Assembly: GCA_965219085.1 (NCBI GenBank)
Contig: OZ244720.1
Coordinates: 160,001-224,000, forward strand
Direction: 5' to 3'
Length of the DNA stretch: 64,000 bases
From: Dehalococcoidia bacterium
GTDB taxonomy: Bacteria; Chloroflexota; Dehalococcoidia; UBA2979
A model generated the notes under the pieces. It was not told the DNA's origin, searched no databases, and saw nothing but the letters and a program-made list of their open reading frames with translations. Position 1 is the stretch's first letter. Every line of letters begins with the position of its first letter. Positions 28,894 to 37,867 of this stretch are shown here, piece by piece. The translations under genes were made by a program, and so were the position numbers.

Positions 28894-29514
28894 CTAGCTT
28901 CCGGCGCTCGAGGCGCCGCCTTGCCCGAGCTTCGGCTCGACGCCGCGCAGCAGCCTGCGGATGTTCGGGAGGTGGTTCAACTCGATCGCGAGCGTCGCGG
29001 CGGCGCCGAACAGGAGGTAGTGCGGCGCCAGCCATCCGACCGCGACCGAGATGGCGATGAGCACGAACGCCACGGCAGTCGCAGTCATCGACATCACGGA
29101 GACGTAGCGCGTGATCGCGAGAACCGTGCCGCCGGCGATCAGCACCGCGACCGCCGGGCCTGGCGCGATCGCGATGAGCGCCCCGAACGCCGTCGCTACC
29201 CCTCGGCCGCCCCGGAAGCCAGCGAACACCGGGAACGTGTGCCCGATGACGGCCGCGACGCCGGTCAGCGCGGCCGCCCACGGGTCGTCGAACACGAGAC
29301 GCGCGATCAGCACGGGCGCGGCGCCCTTGGCGAGATCGGCCACGAGCACCACGATCGCCGCGCCCAGACCGAGCGATCGCAGCGTGTTCGTGAACCCCGT
29401 CTTGCCTGAACCCTGGTCACGCACGTCGACGCCGCGATACACGCGGCTGACGATCAGGCCCGATGGAATCGAGCCGAGCAGGTAGCCACCAACGACCATG
29501 AGTGCGGCGATCAT
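28894..29514 (-). CDS. plsY: Glycerol-3-phosphate acyltransferase PlsY
   Basis: YLLGSIPSG, GSGKTGFTN, GH-x-FP...FRGGRGVAT, H-x-NI-x-RL. Confidence 0.94.
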   Translation of the reverse strand: MIAALMVVGGYLLGSIPSGLIVSRVYRGVDVRDQGSGKTGFTNTLRSLGLGAAIVVLVADLAKGAAPVLIARLVFDDPWAAALTGVAAVIGHTFPVFAGFRGGRGVATAFGALIAIAPGPAVAVLIAGGTVLAITRYVSVMSMTATAVAFVLIAISVAVGWLAPHYLLFGAAATLAIELNHLPNIRRLLRGVEPKLGQGGASSAGS

Positions 29515-30890
29515 GCGGGCGCCCCCACCCCCTCGGCCTGCTCAACCGGCTCGTCCGTCCCGCCTCGGGCGCGGAAGCGCAGCCGGATCGCGGCGCCCTC
29601 GAAAGCGAACGCGTCGCGGATGCGGTTCTCAAGGTAGCGACGATACGCGAAATGGAGCAGCTCCGGATCGTTGACGAAGAACACAAACGTCGGCGGCTGC
29701 ACCTCGGCCTGTGTGACATAGAGCAGCTTGAGACGCCGCCGTCCCACCGACCGCGGGGGGTGCTGGACGAACGCGCGGTGTAGCACGCGGTTGAGCTCCG
29801 AGGTCTGCACGCGGCGGCGGCGCACTTCGTCGACATGGACGGCGAGCTGCAGGAGGTCCGGGATGCCCATGCCGGTGAGCGCCGAGGTGAAGTGCACGGG
29901 CGCCCACGGCGCGAAGCGGTAACGGCTGTCGATCCCGCGCGCGTACGCGCCGCGCTCGGTGCCCGGCGGTGCGAGGTCCCACTTGTTGACCACGAGCACC
30001 ATGCCCTTGCCGAACTCCACGATACGGCTGGCGATGTGCATGTCCTGCGCCGCCGTCGGCTCGGACGGCTCGATGAGCAGGAACACCACGTCCGAGCGCG
30101 CGATGGCGCGCTCCGCCTGCTGCACCGAGTGTCGCTCGACGCCCCGGCCGATCTTGCCACGCCGCCGGATCCCGGCGGTGTCGACGAGCACCATCTCGTG
30201 ACCCTCGAACGCGAACAGGCTGTCGATGGCGTCGCGGGTCGTGCCCGGCAGGTCCGAGACGATCGTGCGCTCCTCGCCCAGGATCGCGTTCGCGAGCGAG
30301 GACTTCCCGACGTTGGGCCGCCCGACGATGGAGATCCGAATCGGCTCAGTGCGCTCCGATTCCTCGTTGCCCCCGGGGTCGGGCAGGCGCTCGACGACGT
30401 CGTCGAGCAGCTCGCCGGCGCCGAGCCCGTGGTAGGCGGAGATCAGGATCGGCTCGCCGAGGCCGAGCGCGTGCAGCTCGTGCACGTTCTCGCCCGCCTC
30501 ACGGCGGTCGGCCTTGTTGGCGACGACCAGCACGTCGCGTTCGGCGCGCCGTAGCTGATCGGCGAGCGCCTCGTCCGAGGAGGTCAGGCCAGCGGCGGCG
30601 TCGACGACGAACAGCAGCAGGTCGGCCTCGTCGAGCGCGAGTTCCACCTGCTCGCGGACCGGGTCGGCGAACGGCGCGCCCGCGAAGTCGTCGGGGCCCT
30701 CGAGGCCGCCGGTGTCGACGACGCGGAAGCGGCGCCCGCCCCAGCGGCACCAGCCGTACTGGCGGTCGCGCGTCGTGCCGGCGAGGCGCTCGACGAGCGC
30801 GCGGCGCGAGCGTGTCATGCGGTTGAACAGCGCAGACTTGCCAACGTTGGGCCGCCCAACGATGGCGACGAGCGGAGGTGGGGCGCTCAT
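29511..30890 (-). CDS. der: Ribosome biogenesis GTPase Der
   Basis: Two GRPNVGKS P-loops, DTGG/DTAG, NKAD/NKWD. Confidence 0.97.
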   Translation of the reverse strand: MSAPPPLVAIVGRPNVGKSALFNRMTRSRRALVERLAGTTRDRQYGWCRWGGRRFRVVDTGGLEGPDDFAGAPFADPVREQVELALDEADLLLFVVDAAAGLTSSDEALADQLRRAERDVLVVANKADRREAGENVHELHALGLGEPILISAYHGLGAGELLDDVVERLPDPGGNEESERTEPIRISIVGRPNVGKSSLANAILGEERTIVSDLPGTTRDAIDSLFAFEGHEMVLVDTAGIRRRGKIGRGVERHSVQQAERAIARSDVVFLLIEPSEPTAAQDMHIASRIVEFGKGMVLVVNKWDLAPPGTERGAYARGIDSRYRFAPWAPVHFTSALTGMGIPDLLQLAVHVDEVRRRRVQTSELNRVLHRAFVQHPPRSVGRRRLKLLYVTQAEVQPPTFVFFVNDPELLHFAYRRYLENRIRDAFAFEGAAIRLRFRARGGTDEPVEQAEGVGAPA

Positions 30891-32182
30891 CCTTCATCCC
30901 CTGTCGGTAGAGGCGTGAGCGTAACGGAGAGCAGCGCCGGTCGCCATTCGCGGATGGTGATGTTGCGTGGCGCCACCACGACCACCTCGGCCAACCCGGA
31001 CTCGTCGCCGTCAAGCGCGCCGACGTCGACCTCGGCCACCACGTCCCCGGGCTCAAGCCCGTTCAGCGCCGGCAACGGTCCCTCGAGCACCACTGTGACG
31101 ATCTGGTCGCCCAGGTCCGCGACCATGCCGTCAGGGACGCCGTCCACCGCGGGCACGACGGTGAGCACGGTCGTACCCAGCACCGCCTCGACAGCGACGA
31201 CGACGCGCGCTGAAGAGCCGTCCGTCGCGGTGACCCCCGCGGGCAGCGTCGCCACGAGCGACAGCCGGATGTCGCCGTCGGCGCCGTCGAGCCGCACGAA
31301 GCCGAGACGCAGCTGCTCAAGGTCCTGCAAGACTTCCAGCGGGCCTTCGATGCGGGCGACGGCTGGACTGATGGTGACACCAGCGACGCGGTAGCCCCGC
31401 GACGGCTCGCCAAGCAATTCCACCGACAGCGGCACGATCTTCGAGACGGTGCTCTTCTGCACGTCCACGGTGACGCTGACGGAGGAGGGCTGCACGGACA
31501 GCCCCCGGATGCGACCGTCGCTCGCCCCGCGCGGGACCAGCTCGACGACCTGCTGGAACCCGACGGTGATCCCGGTCACGTTGATCTCGGCCACCGCGCG
31601 CTCGGCCAGCTCGACGAGCGACTCGGGCCCCGATATCTCGACGGTGACACGCTCGGGGACGGTCTGGACGATCTCGAACCCGCTTGGGGGCGCGCCCAAC
31701 AGCCGAGGCTCGACGGGGATGATCCTCGACACGACCTGCTCGAGGTTCACGGTGATCGCCGGCGGCTCGACCGCGAGGATGCGCACGCCGCGCGTCCCGG
31801 ACACGTCGACCCGCACCGGCACGGACTGCTCGCGCGCGGTGAGCCCGGCGAGGTCCACCGTGGCCTCGAAGTTCGCGGCGGTGAGACCTTCCCAGCGATC
31901 CTCGGACGCCTCGATGCGCAGGTCGACGGCGCCGAGGTTGTTGGCTACCGCGAGCTGGTCGCCGACGTTCACGAACGTCACGGGGATCTGGTTCGGGAAC
32001 ACCCCCGCAAGAGAGGGGTTCTCGTCTTCGGTGACGAAGACCCACAGCGCGATGCCGAGGATGATCGACAGCGCCAGGAGCGGCAGCGTGCGCCGGACCG
32101 TGGTGATGGTGCGGCCCCAGAGCGCTGTGATGAGGTCGAGCGTGTTGCCCGCCGGGTTCCCCCCGAGCCTCGAGCCGGACAT
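30887..32182 (-). CDS. cdaR: CdaR/YbbR-repeat protein
   Basis: N-terminal TM (LALSIILGIALWVFV) followed by YbbR-like beta repeats; directly follows cdaA. Confidence 0.85.
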   Translation of the reverse strand: MSGSRLGGNPAGNTLDLITALWGRTITTVRRTLPLLALSIILGIALWVFVTEDENPSLAGVFPNQIPVTFVNVGDQLAVANNLGAVDLRIEASEDRWEGLTAANFEATVDLAGLTAREQSVPVRVDVSGTRGVRILAVEPPAITVNLEQVVSRIIPVEPRLLGAPPSGFEIVQTVPERVTVEISGPESLVELAERAVAEINVTGITVGFQQVVELVPRGASDGRIRGLSVQPSSVSVTVDVQKSTVSKIVPLSVELLGEPSRGYRVAGVTISPAVARIEGPLEVLQDLEQLRLGFVRLDGADGDIRLSLVATLPAGVTATDGSSARVVVAVEAVLGTTVLTVVPAVDGVPDGMVADLGDQIVTVVLEGPLPALNGLEPGDVVAEVDVGALDGDESGLAEVVVVAPRNITIREWRPALLSVTLTPLPTGDEG

Positions 32183-33027
32183 CAGGGTGCCTGCCGCCCG
32201 GCGCGTGCCTCGCCGCCGGCGGTAACGGTGCCCGGCTCGCTGTCACGCAGTCCATCGCCGAACGCGAACATGCGCCGCAACCGCGCGCGGACCTGGCCCT
32301 CGTCGAGGTTCGGTCGCATGCGCCCCTGGGCGGCGAGCCCCATTGAGCCGCGCTCCTCGGAGACGACGATCACGACCGCGTCGGTGCCCTCGGTGATGCC
32401 CACCGCCGCGCGGTGGCGCATGCCCAGGTCGGCCTGCAGGGGCGAGTCGGTCAGCGGCAGCGTGCAGCCGGCCGCGACGATCTGGTCGCCGCGCACGATC
32501 ACGGCGCCGTCGTGGAGTGGCGTGTTCGGCATGAAGATGCTGCCGAGCAGTTCCGCCGAGAGCCCCGCATTCAGCTCGATGCCCGTGTCGATGACCTCCT
32601 GCAGCCCCGTCTCGCGCTCAAACACGACGAGCGCGCCATACCGCTGGCGCGCGAGCCTGGTCGCCGCGCGCACGGCCACGTCAATGGTCTGTTCGTGGTC
32701 CTGGCGGACGAGGGCGAGCTGCCAGCCCGTCCGCCCCAGACGGTCGAGCACGCGCCGGATCTCCGGCTGGAAGACCACGATCACGCCGATGACGAGACCC
32801 GTGACCATGTTCTCGAGCATCCAGTTCACGACCTGCAGGTCGAAGGAGCGCGCCAGCAGGAATGCGCCAACGAGGAGCAACGACACGCCTCGCAGGACGG
32901 TCCACGCGGTGGTTCCGCGGAGCAGCAACAGCAGCCAGTAGATCGCGAGCGAGATCAGCAGGATGTCGAGCACCGCAACGGCGTCGATGCGTTCGAAGAC
33001 ATCCCGCGCCACGTCCGGCAACTGCAC
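32182..33027 (-). CDS. cdaA: Diadenylate cyclase CdaA
   Basis: Three TM segments, FQPEIRR, PLHDGA, LGMRHRAA, VVSEERG. Confidence 0.95.
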   Translation of the reverse strand: MQLPDVARDVFERIDAVAVLDILLISLAIYWLLLLLRGTTAWTVLRGVSLLLVGAFLLARSFDLQVVNWMLENMVTGLVIGVIVVFQPEIRRVLDRLGRTGWQLALVRQDHEQTIDVAVRAATRLARQRYGALVVFERETGLQEVIDTGIELNAGLSAELLGSIFMPNTPLHDGAVIVRGDQIVAAGCTLPLTDSPLQADLGMRHRAAVGITEGTDAVVIVVSEERGSMGLAAQGRMRPNLDEGQVRARLRRMFAFGDGLRDSEPGTVTAGGEARAGRQAP

Positions 33028-33090
33028 CGGAACCCGCCTTTCCGGCTGAGCGCCGGCGGCGCCGGACGTCAGCCGCCTGGTTCGTTCACC

Positions 33091-33996
33091 CTAGCCGAGC
33101 AGGCTCCGGAGCACCGCCTGCGCCGTGTGCAGCCGGTTCTCTGCCTGGTCGAACACGACCGACCGGTGCGACTCGATCACCTCGTCGGTGATCTCCTCGC
33201 CGCGGTGGGCCGGCAGATCATGCATCACGAGCGCGTCGGATGGGGCCGACGCCAGCAGCGCGGCGTCGAGGCGGAACGGCCCGAAGGCCGCGAGGCGGCT
33301 CTCCAGCATGTGCTCGTCGCCCATCGACGCCCACACGTCGGTGTAGACGGCCGAGGCATCGCGCAGCGCCTCGTGCGGGTCGTCGGTCTGCGTCACCGAG
33401 CCCGGCCCCGCGGCCCCGCGAGCCGCATCGAGGTCACCCTCACTCAGCCCGTACCCGGACGGCGAGGCGCAGCGGAAGTCGATGCCCGCGAGCACCGATG
33501 CGATCGCCAGCGCGCGCGCGACGTTGTTGCCTTCGCCGAGGTAGGCGAGGCGCAAGCCGTGCAGCGAGCCGAAGCGCTCGCGCAGCGTCAGCAGGTCGGC
33601 GAGCGCCTGGCAGGGGTGCTCCACGTCGCTGAGCGCGTTGACGACGGGAACCTCGGACCACTCGGCGAAGTCGTCGACGGTCTCGTGCGCGAAGGTGCGC
33701 ACGGCGATGCCGTGCGCCATGCGCGAGAGCACGCGCGCGATGTCGCGTACGGGCTCGCGCGTGCCGGCGCCCACCTCCTGCGGCCCGAGGTAGACCGCGC
33801 GCCCGCCGAGGCGGTGCATGGCGACCTCGAACGCGAGGCGCGTGCGCAGCGAGGGCTTCTCGAACACCAGCGCGAGCACCTGCCCGGCCAGCTCGGGCCC
33901 GCACCCGTCGCGCTTGATCGCGAGCGCGGAGTCGAGGAGTTCGCCGAGCTCGTCGGGCGACAGGTCAAGCATCGATCGGAAGTGACGAGGCGGCAC
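33091..33996 (-). CDS. argF: Ornithine carbamoyltransferase
   Basis: FEKPSLRTR, HPCQALAD, YTDVWASMG, MHDLPAHRGEE, QAENRLH. Confidence 0.95.
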   Translation of the reverse strand: MPPRHFRSMLDLSPDELGELLDSALAIKRDGCGPELAGQVLALVFEKPSLRTRLAFEVAMHRLGGRAVYLGPQEVGAGTREPVRDIARVLSRMAHGIAVRTFAHETVDDFAEWSEVPVVNALSDVEHPCQALADLLTLRERFGSLHGLRLAYLGEGNNVARALAIASVLAGIDFRCASPSGYGLSEGDLDAARGAAGPGSVTQTDDPHEALRDASAVYTDVWASMGDEHMLESRLAAFGPFRLDAALLASAPSDALVMHDLPAHRGEEITDEVIESHRSVVFDQAENRLHTAQAVLRSLLG

Positions 33997-34093
33997 GGCT
34001 GGGGTCTCCGCTGCTTTGTGGATTACTGGATGTGCTGCGGGGCAGCATGTTCAGTATAGCCGCCCTGGAACCCGCGTCGCCCGCGGTTATGTA

Positions 34094-34759
34094 TCACATC
34101 AAAACCACACGATAGCGGGCCAACAGCTCTTCGATGTAGATCCGACCGGAACCCGGCGCGAGGTTCCGCTCTCCAAGTCGCAACGGCAGCCCATCTGCGG
34201 CCTCCTCGAGGCTCCCTTCGCGGCAGCGGTCACCGAATAGCACGAATGCAAAGCCCTCTGGTTCGCGGCGCGAGCGCCACGTGAGACCTTGACCCCACGG
34301 TGCCCACCCACGAATCGCTGTGGCCCAGCGTCGCGTCATCTCATACTGATCCGCGGAGGCGGTCGTGAGCCAAGGGTCCTGGCCGACGGCGGCGAGATCC
34401 GCGCCCGAACGGAGGCTGACCAACTGGAGTTCGTGGCTCGTCCTGAGCCAGCCGATCCGCAGTCCGTGAAGGCGTGTTGTCAGCAGCGCCCGCACCCCCC
34501 GATCGTCACTCTGGATGTCACGAAGTAGCGCCTCGGAGACGGCCGTCGCATCGTCACTCGCCGCGTAGAGGAACGTGTACTCGTCTTCAGGTGTCCCATC
34601 GAAGCGTCCGCCCTGGATCGCGTCCTCGGCCACGGTCGGGTTGAAGTCAGTGACTTCGAACTCCGCGCTGTGGAGCCGCGTAAGCACCCTCCCCGCCGGG
34701 AGTCGGAAGAGGCTCGGCGTCCCCTCGTATCGGGTAGGCGGAAACTGGCTCGGCGGCAC
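34094..34759 (-). CDS. RES-domain toxin (NAD+ phosphorylase-like)
   Basis: TRLH, GGRFD, LYAA...AVSEALLRD, GLTWRSRR, VLFGDR. Confidence 0.88.
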   Translation of the reverse strand: MPPSQFPPTRYEGTPSLFRLPAGRVLTRLHSAEFEVTDFNPTVAEDAIQGGRFDGTPEDEYTFLYAASDDATAVSEALLRDIQSDDRGVRALLTTRLHGLRIGWLRTSHELQLVSLRSGADLAAVGQDPWLTTASADQYEMTRRWATAIRGWAPWGQGLTWRSRREPEGFAFVLFGDRCREGSLEEAADGLPLRLGERNLAPGSGRIYIEELLARYRVVLM

Positions 34760-35476
34760 CTATCCGATAGGCTCCAGCGCTGCGGCGGCAGCCTTGAGCA
34801 GGTCGTCCGCACGGTCGGTGCCTACGAGGTCGGCGGGGCGGGCACCCAGCCGGGCGTGCGTGGAAATCCACCACGAGGCAACGCCCCACGGATCGCCGGC
34901 AGCGTCGAGCCGCTCGTTCACCGCCCTCACCTCGGGGAACACGTCGCGGCGCTCGGCGTCGAACTGGAATGCCGGGTAGAGGTAGCCTCCACCGGAGGGG
35001 AGACCGACCAGCCACGAGCGTTCGCGATGACGGCGGACCTTCTCCCGGTTCGACTTGCGCGCTCCGAGCGCGACCGCCGCGGCAGCGGGCGTCAGCATGG
35101 GCTCCTGCCAGATGGTCCGCATCACTTCGCCGCGAAGACGCGCCTGCTCGACCATGGACTGCTCGAGGTCATCGAGGATCCGAGCGGGTGCGCCGGCGAC
35201 GGCGCGAGTCATCTCGCTACGCCGAGCGAGCAGTCCCAGCCAACTTCTGAGTTCATCCTCCTCGCCAACCAGCGCTTCGTAACGGGCCGCGAGCGTGGCC
35301 GCAGCGTCGAGGGGCTCGGAGGCCTTGAATTGCCAGCCAACGATGAAACGCCGCAGCAGCCGCGTACCGCCGCCCGCATGGCGGAACGCAAGTACAAGAA
35401 GCGCCTCCTCAAGGTCTTCTTCACTGAACTCGCGGCTCAGGGCCTTGATGTGTTCATCGAGTGTTGGATTCGCCAC
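34760..35476 (-). CDS. Antitoxin with a C-terminal MbcA/Xre-like toxin-binding region
   Basis: YLYPAFQF, WGVASWW...RLGARPADL. Stop abuts the RES gene start. Confidence 0.75.
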   Translation of the reverse strand: MANPTLDEHIKALSREFSEEDLEEALLVLAFRHAGGGTRLLRRFIVGWQFKASEPLDAAATLAARYEALVGEEDELRSWLGLLARRSEMTRAVAGAPARILDDLEQSMVEQARLRGEVMRTIWQEPMLTPAAAAVALGARKSNREKVRRHRERSWLVGLPSGGGYLYPAFQFDAERRDVFPEVRAVNERLDAAGDPWGVASWWISTHARLGARPADLVGTDRADDLLKAAAAALEPIG

Positions 35477-35489
35477 GTGAACTCCCGAT

Positions 35490-35522
35490 GTGACGCTGTC
35501 CGATGTATTATACGAGCGTCAC
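35490..35522 (-). promoter_or_regulatory. TATAAT -10 flanked by an 8-bp inverted repeat (putative operator of the RES TA operon)
   Basis: GTGACGCT (35490-35497) and AGCGTCAC (35515-35522) surround ATTATA (35507-35512), which is TATAAT on the minus strand. Confidence 0.65.
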
Positions 35523-35541
35523 GATCGTCACAGCAAAGAGT

Positions 35542-36855
35542 CTACTTCGCCGCCACTCCCTCTACCACCGGCTCCACCCACCCCGCCACCTCCAACAACG
35601 CCTGGTCCCCCCCATGCCGCCCCACCAGCTGCGCGGCCAGCGGCAGCCCCGACGCGTCGAGGCCGGCGGGGACGGCGAGGCAGGGGAGGCGGAGCAGCGT
35701 CCAGCTGCGGTTGAACAGCGGGTCGCCGGTCGAGTCGAGGCGCTCCGGGGCGACGCCGCCGGTGGCCGGGGTCAGGAACGCGTCGAAGTCCGCGAAGAGC
35801 TCCGAGACCAGCGCGCGGCATTGCAAGGCGACCGCCTCGGCGGCGGCGCGCTCCGGCGGGGTCAGCGCGTGGCCCTGCTCGATGAGGCTGCGGATGTGGT
35901 CGCCCATGCGGTCGCGGTGCTCGGCGTACTCGGGGGCGAGGGCGCTCGCCGCGCCGGCGGCGATCACCGCCTCCCACGCCGTGCCGAGGTCGTTGCACTC
36001 CTCGGGCCACTCGACCTCGGCCACGCGGCATCCGGCGTTCGCGAGGGCGTCGGCGACGCCGTCGATGGCGCCTCGTACATCCGGCGTGGCGCGCTCCCAG
36101 TCGGCGGTGCGGACGATGCCGATGCCCGGGGGCCCGGCGAGCGGCCGCAGCTCGGCGTCGATCAGCGGATGCAGCACCGAGCCGAGCAACGCGAGGTCCT
36201 CGACGTTGCGGGCGAACCAGCCCGCGGTATCGAGCGCCATCGCGAGCGGGCGGACGCCGTCGATGTTCACGAAGCCGAACGTCGGCTTGAAACCGTAGAC
36301 GCCGCAGTAGGCAGCCGGACGGATCGTCGAGCCGCCCGTCTGCGAGCCCATGGCGAGCGGGACGTGGTAGTCACCGACGCCGGCGGCCGATCCGCTCGAG
36401 GAGCCGCCGGGGCTGCGCGCGAGGTCGTACGGGTTCCGCGTCGGGCCGGGCGTGAGGTAGGCGAACTCGGTCGTCACGGTCTTGCCGGGCACGATCGCGC
36501 CCGCCGCGCGCAGCGCCGCCACCGGCGCGGAGTCGAACGCCGGGCGATGCCCCTCGTAGAGCACCGAGCCGTACGCGGTGGGCAGGTCGGCGGTGTCGTA
36601 GATGTCCTTGATGCCGACGGGGATGCCGTGCAGCCGGCCCCTCGGCGGCTCCGCGTCGCGGGCGCGGGCCTCGGCGAGCGCGGCTTCGGCGTCGAGGTGC
36701 ACCCACGCGCGCACCTCGGGGTCGCGCTCGGCGATGCGTTCGAGGCAGGCCGCGACCAGCGCCTCCGAGGTGAGCGTGCCCGCTGAGATGCGCCGAGCCG
36801 CCTCGGCGGCGCCGAGGGCGGCGGGGCTGTCGGGTGCGCCCGGTTCGTTGCTCAC
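35542..36855 (-). CDS. Amidase signature family protein
   Basis: LHGIPVGIKD, PGGSSSGSAA, GSQTGGSTIRPAAYCG. Confidence 0.93.
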   Translation of the reverse strand: MSNEPGAPDSPAALGAAEAARRISAGTLTSEALVAACLERIAERDPEVRAWVHLDAEAALAEARARDAEPPRGRLHGIPVGIKDIYDTADLPTAYGSVLYEGHRPAFDSAPVAALRAAGAIVPGKTVTTEFAYLTPGPTRNPYDLARSPGGSSSGSAAGVGDYHVPLAMGSQTGGSTIRPAAYCGVYGFKPTFGFVNIDGVRPLAMALDTAGWFARNVEDLALLGSVLHPLIDAELRPLAGPPGIGIVRTADWERATPDVRGAIDGVADALANAGCRVAEVEWPEECNDLGTAWEAVIAAGAASALAPEYAEHRDRMGDHIRSLIEQGHALTPPERAAAEAVALQCRALVSELFADFDAFLTPATGGVAPERLDSTGDPLFNRSWTLLRLPCLAVPAGLDASGLPLAAQLVGRHGGDQALLEVAGWVEPVVEGVAAK

Positions 36856-36997
36856 GGTGGCTCCGTCCGTTGCTTGCACAGGTCGGGGGAAGGATAGCCG
36901 TCGAGGCCCGGCGACGGGCGCTATGCTAGGGGTGCGTGGGTGTCGGCCGTCGGCGCCTGCGCGAGCCCGGCGCATGCCGGGTAGAGGGAGGCGCCCC

Positions 36998-37300
36998 ATG
37001 CCCGCCCGCCGCATCCCGCGCCCGTTCAACCTGCTCTGGGGCAGCGGCAAGATCATCGAGGAAGCCGCGATCGAGGGTGGCCTGCACGCCCCGTCGATCC
37101 AGCTCATGCGCTACGAGAAGGGCGAGAAGAAGGGCCAGATGGCCATCCGCTTCGCCGCCTACGGCGTGCAGAGCGACCTCGAACGCCGCCCGCTCATCAT
37201 CAACGAGCGCGAACTGCGCCCGCTCAAACGCGAAATAGACCGCTCCCCCCGCCTCAAGGCCCTGCTGCGCAAGCTCGTCGAAGAGGAGGACGACGCGTAA
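36998..37300 (+). CDS. Small basic hypothetical protein upstream of comEA
   Basis: ATG with GGGAGG RBS, 100 aa, genome-typical codon usage. Confidence 0.75.
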   Translation: MPARRIPRPFNLLWGSGKIIEEAAIEGGLHAPSIQLMRYEKGEKKGQMAIRFAAYGVQSDLERRPLIINERELRPLKREIDRSPRLKALLRKLVEEEDDA

Positions 37301-37318
37301 CGCAGCCCTGACGACGGC

Positions 37319-37867
37319 ATGCCGCGCATCCCGCTGCGGGCGCTTCGCCCGAGCCGGGCGACCACGCTCCGAATCGCCCTCGGCGCGGCGGCTGCGCTTG
37401 CGCTCGCCATCCTCGTGCTCCGCGCCGACGAGAACCCCGGCATCGAGGTACTCCGACTCGAACCGCCGCCCGGCGTCGACGAGATCCGCGTCGAGGTCGC
37501 CGGCGCGGTCGCGCAACCCGGCGTCGTCACCGTCCGCCCCGGTGACCGCGTCGCCGACGCGATCGCGCTCGCGGGCGGCCTCGATCCCGACGCAGACCCG
37601 GCCGCGCTGAACCTCGCGCTGCGGCTGCGCGACGAGGATCGCGTGGCCGTGCCGCGCCTCGGCGAGCGGTCTCCGCTGCTCGACATCAACACCGCGACGG
37701 CCGAGGAGCTCGACGAACTGCCGGGCATCGGGCCCGTCTACTCGGCGGCGATCGTCGAGGCGCGCGAGCGGGGCGGCCCCTTCGCCACCACCGACGCGCT
37801 CGTCGAGCGCGAGGTGATCCCCGAGCACGTCTACGCGCGCATCCGCCAGCTGATCACGGCGCGTTGA
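37319..37867 (+). CDS. comEA: ComEA DNA-binding protein
   Basis: TM, SLBB domain (VEVAGAVAQPGV...DAIALAGG), HhH (INTATAEELDELPGIGP). Confidence 0.93.
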   Translation: MPRIPLRALRPSRATTLRIALGAAAALALAILVLRADENPGIEVLRLEPPPGVDEIRVEVAGAVAQPGVVTVRPGDRVADAIALAGGLDPDADPAALNLALRLRDEDRVAVPRLGERSPLLDINTATAEELDELPGIGPVYSAAIVEARERGGPFATTDALVEREVIPEHVYARIRQLITAR

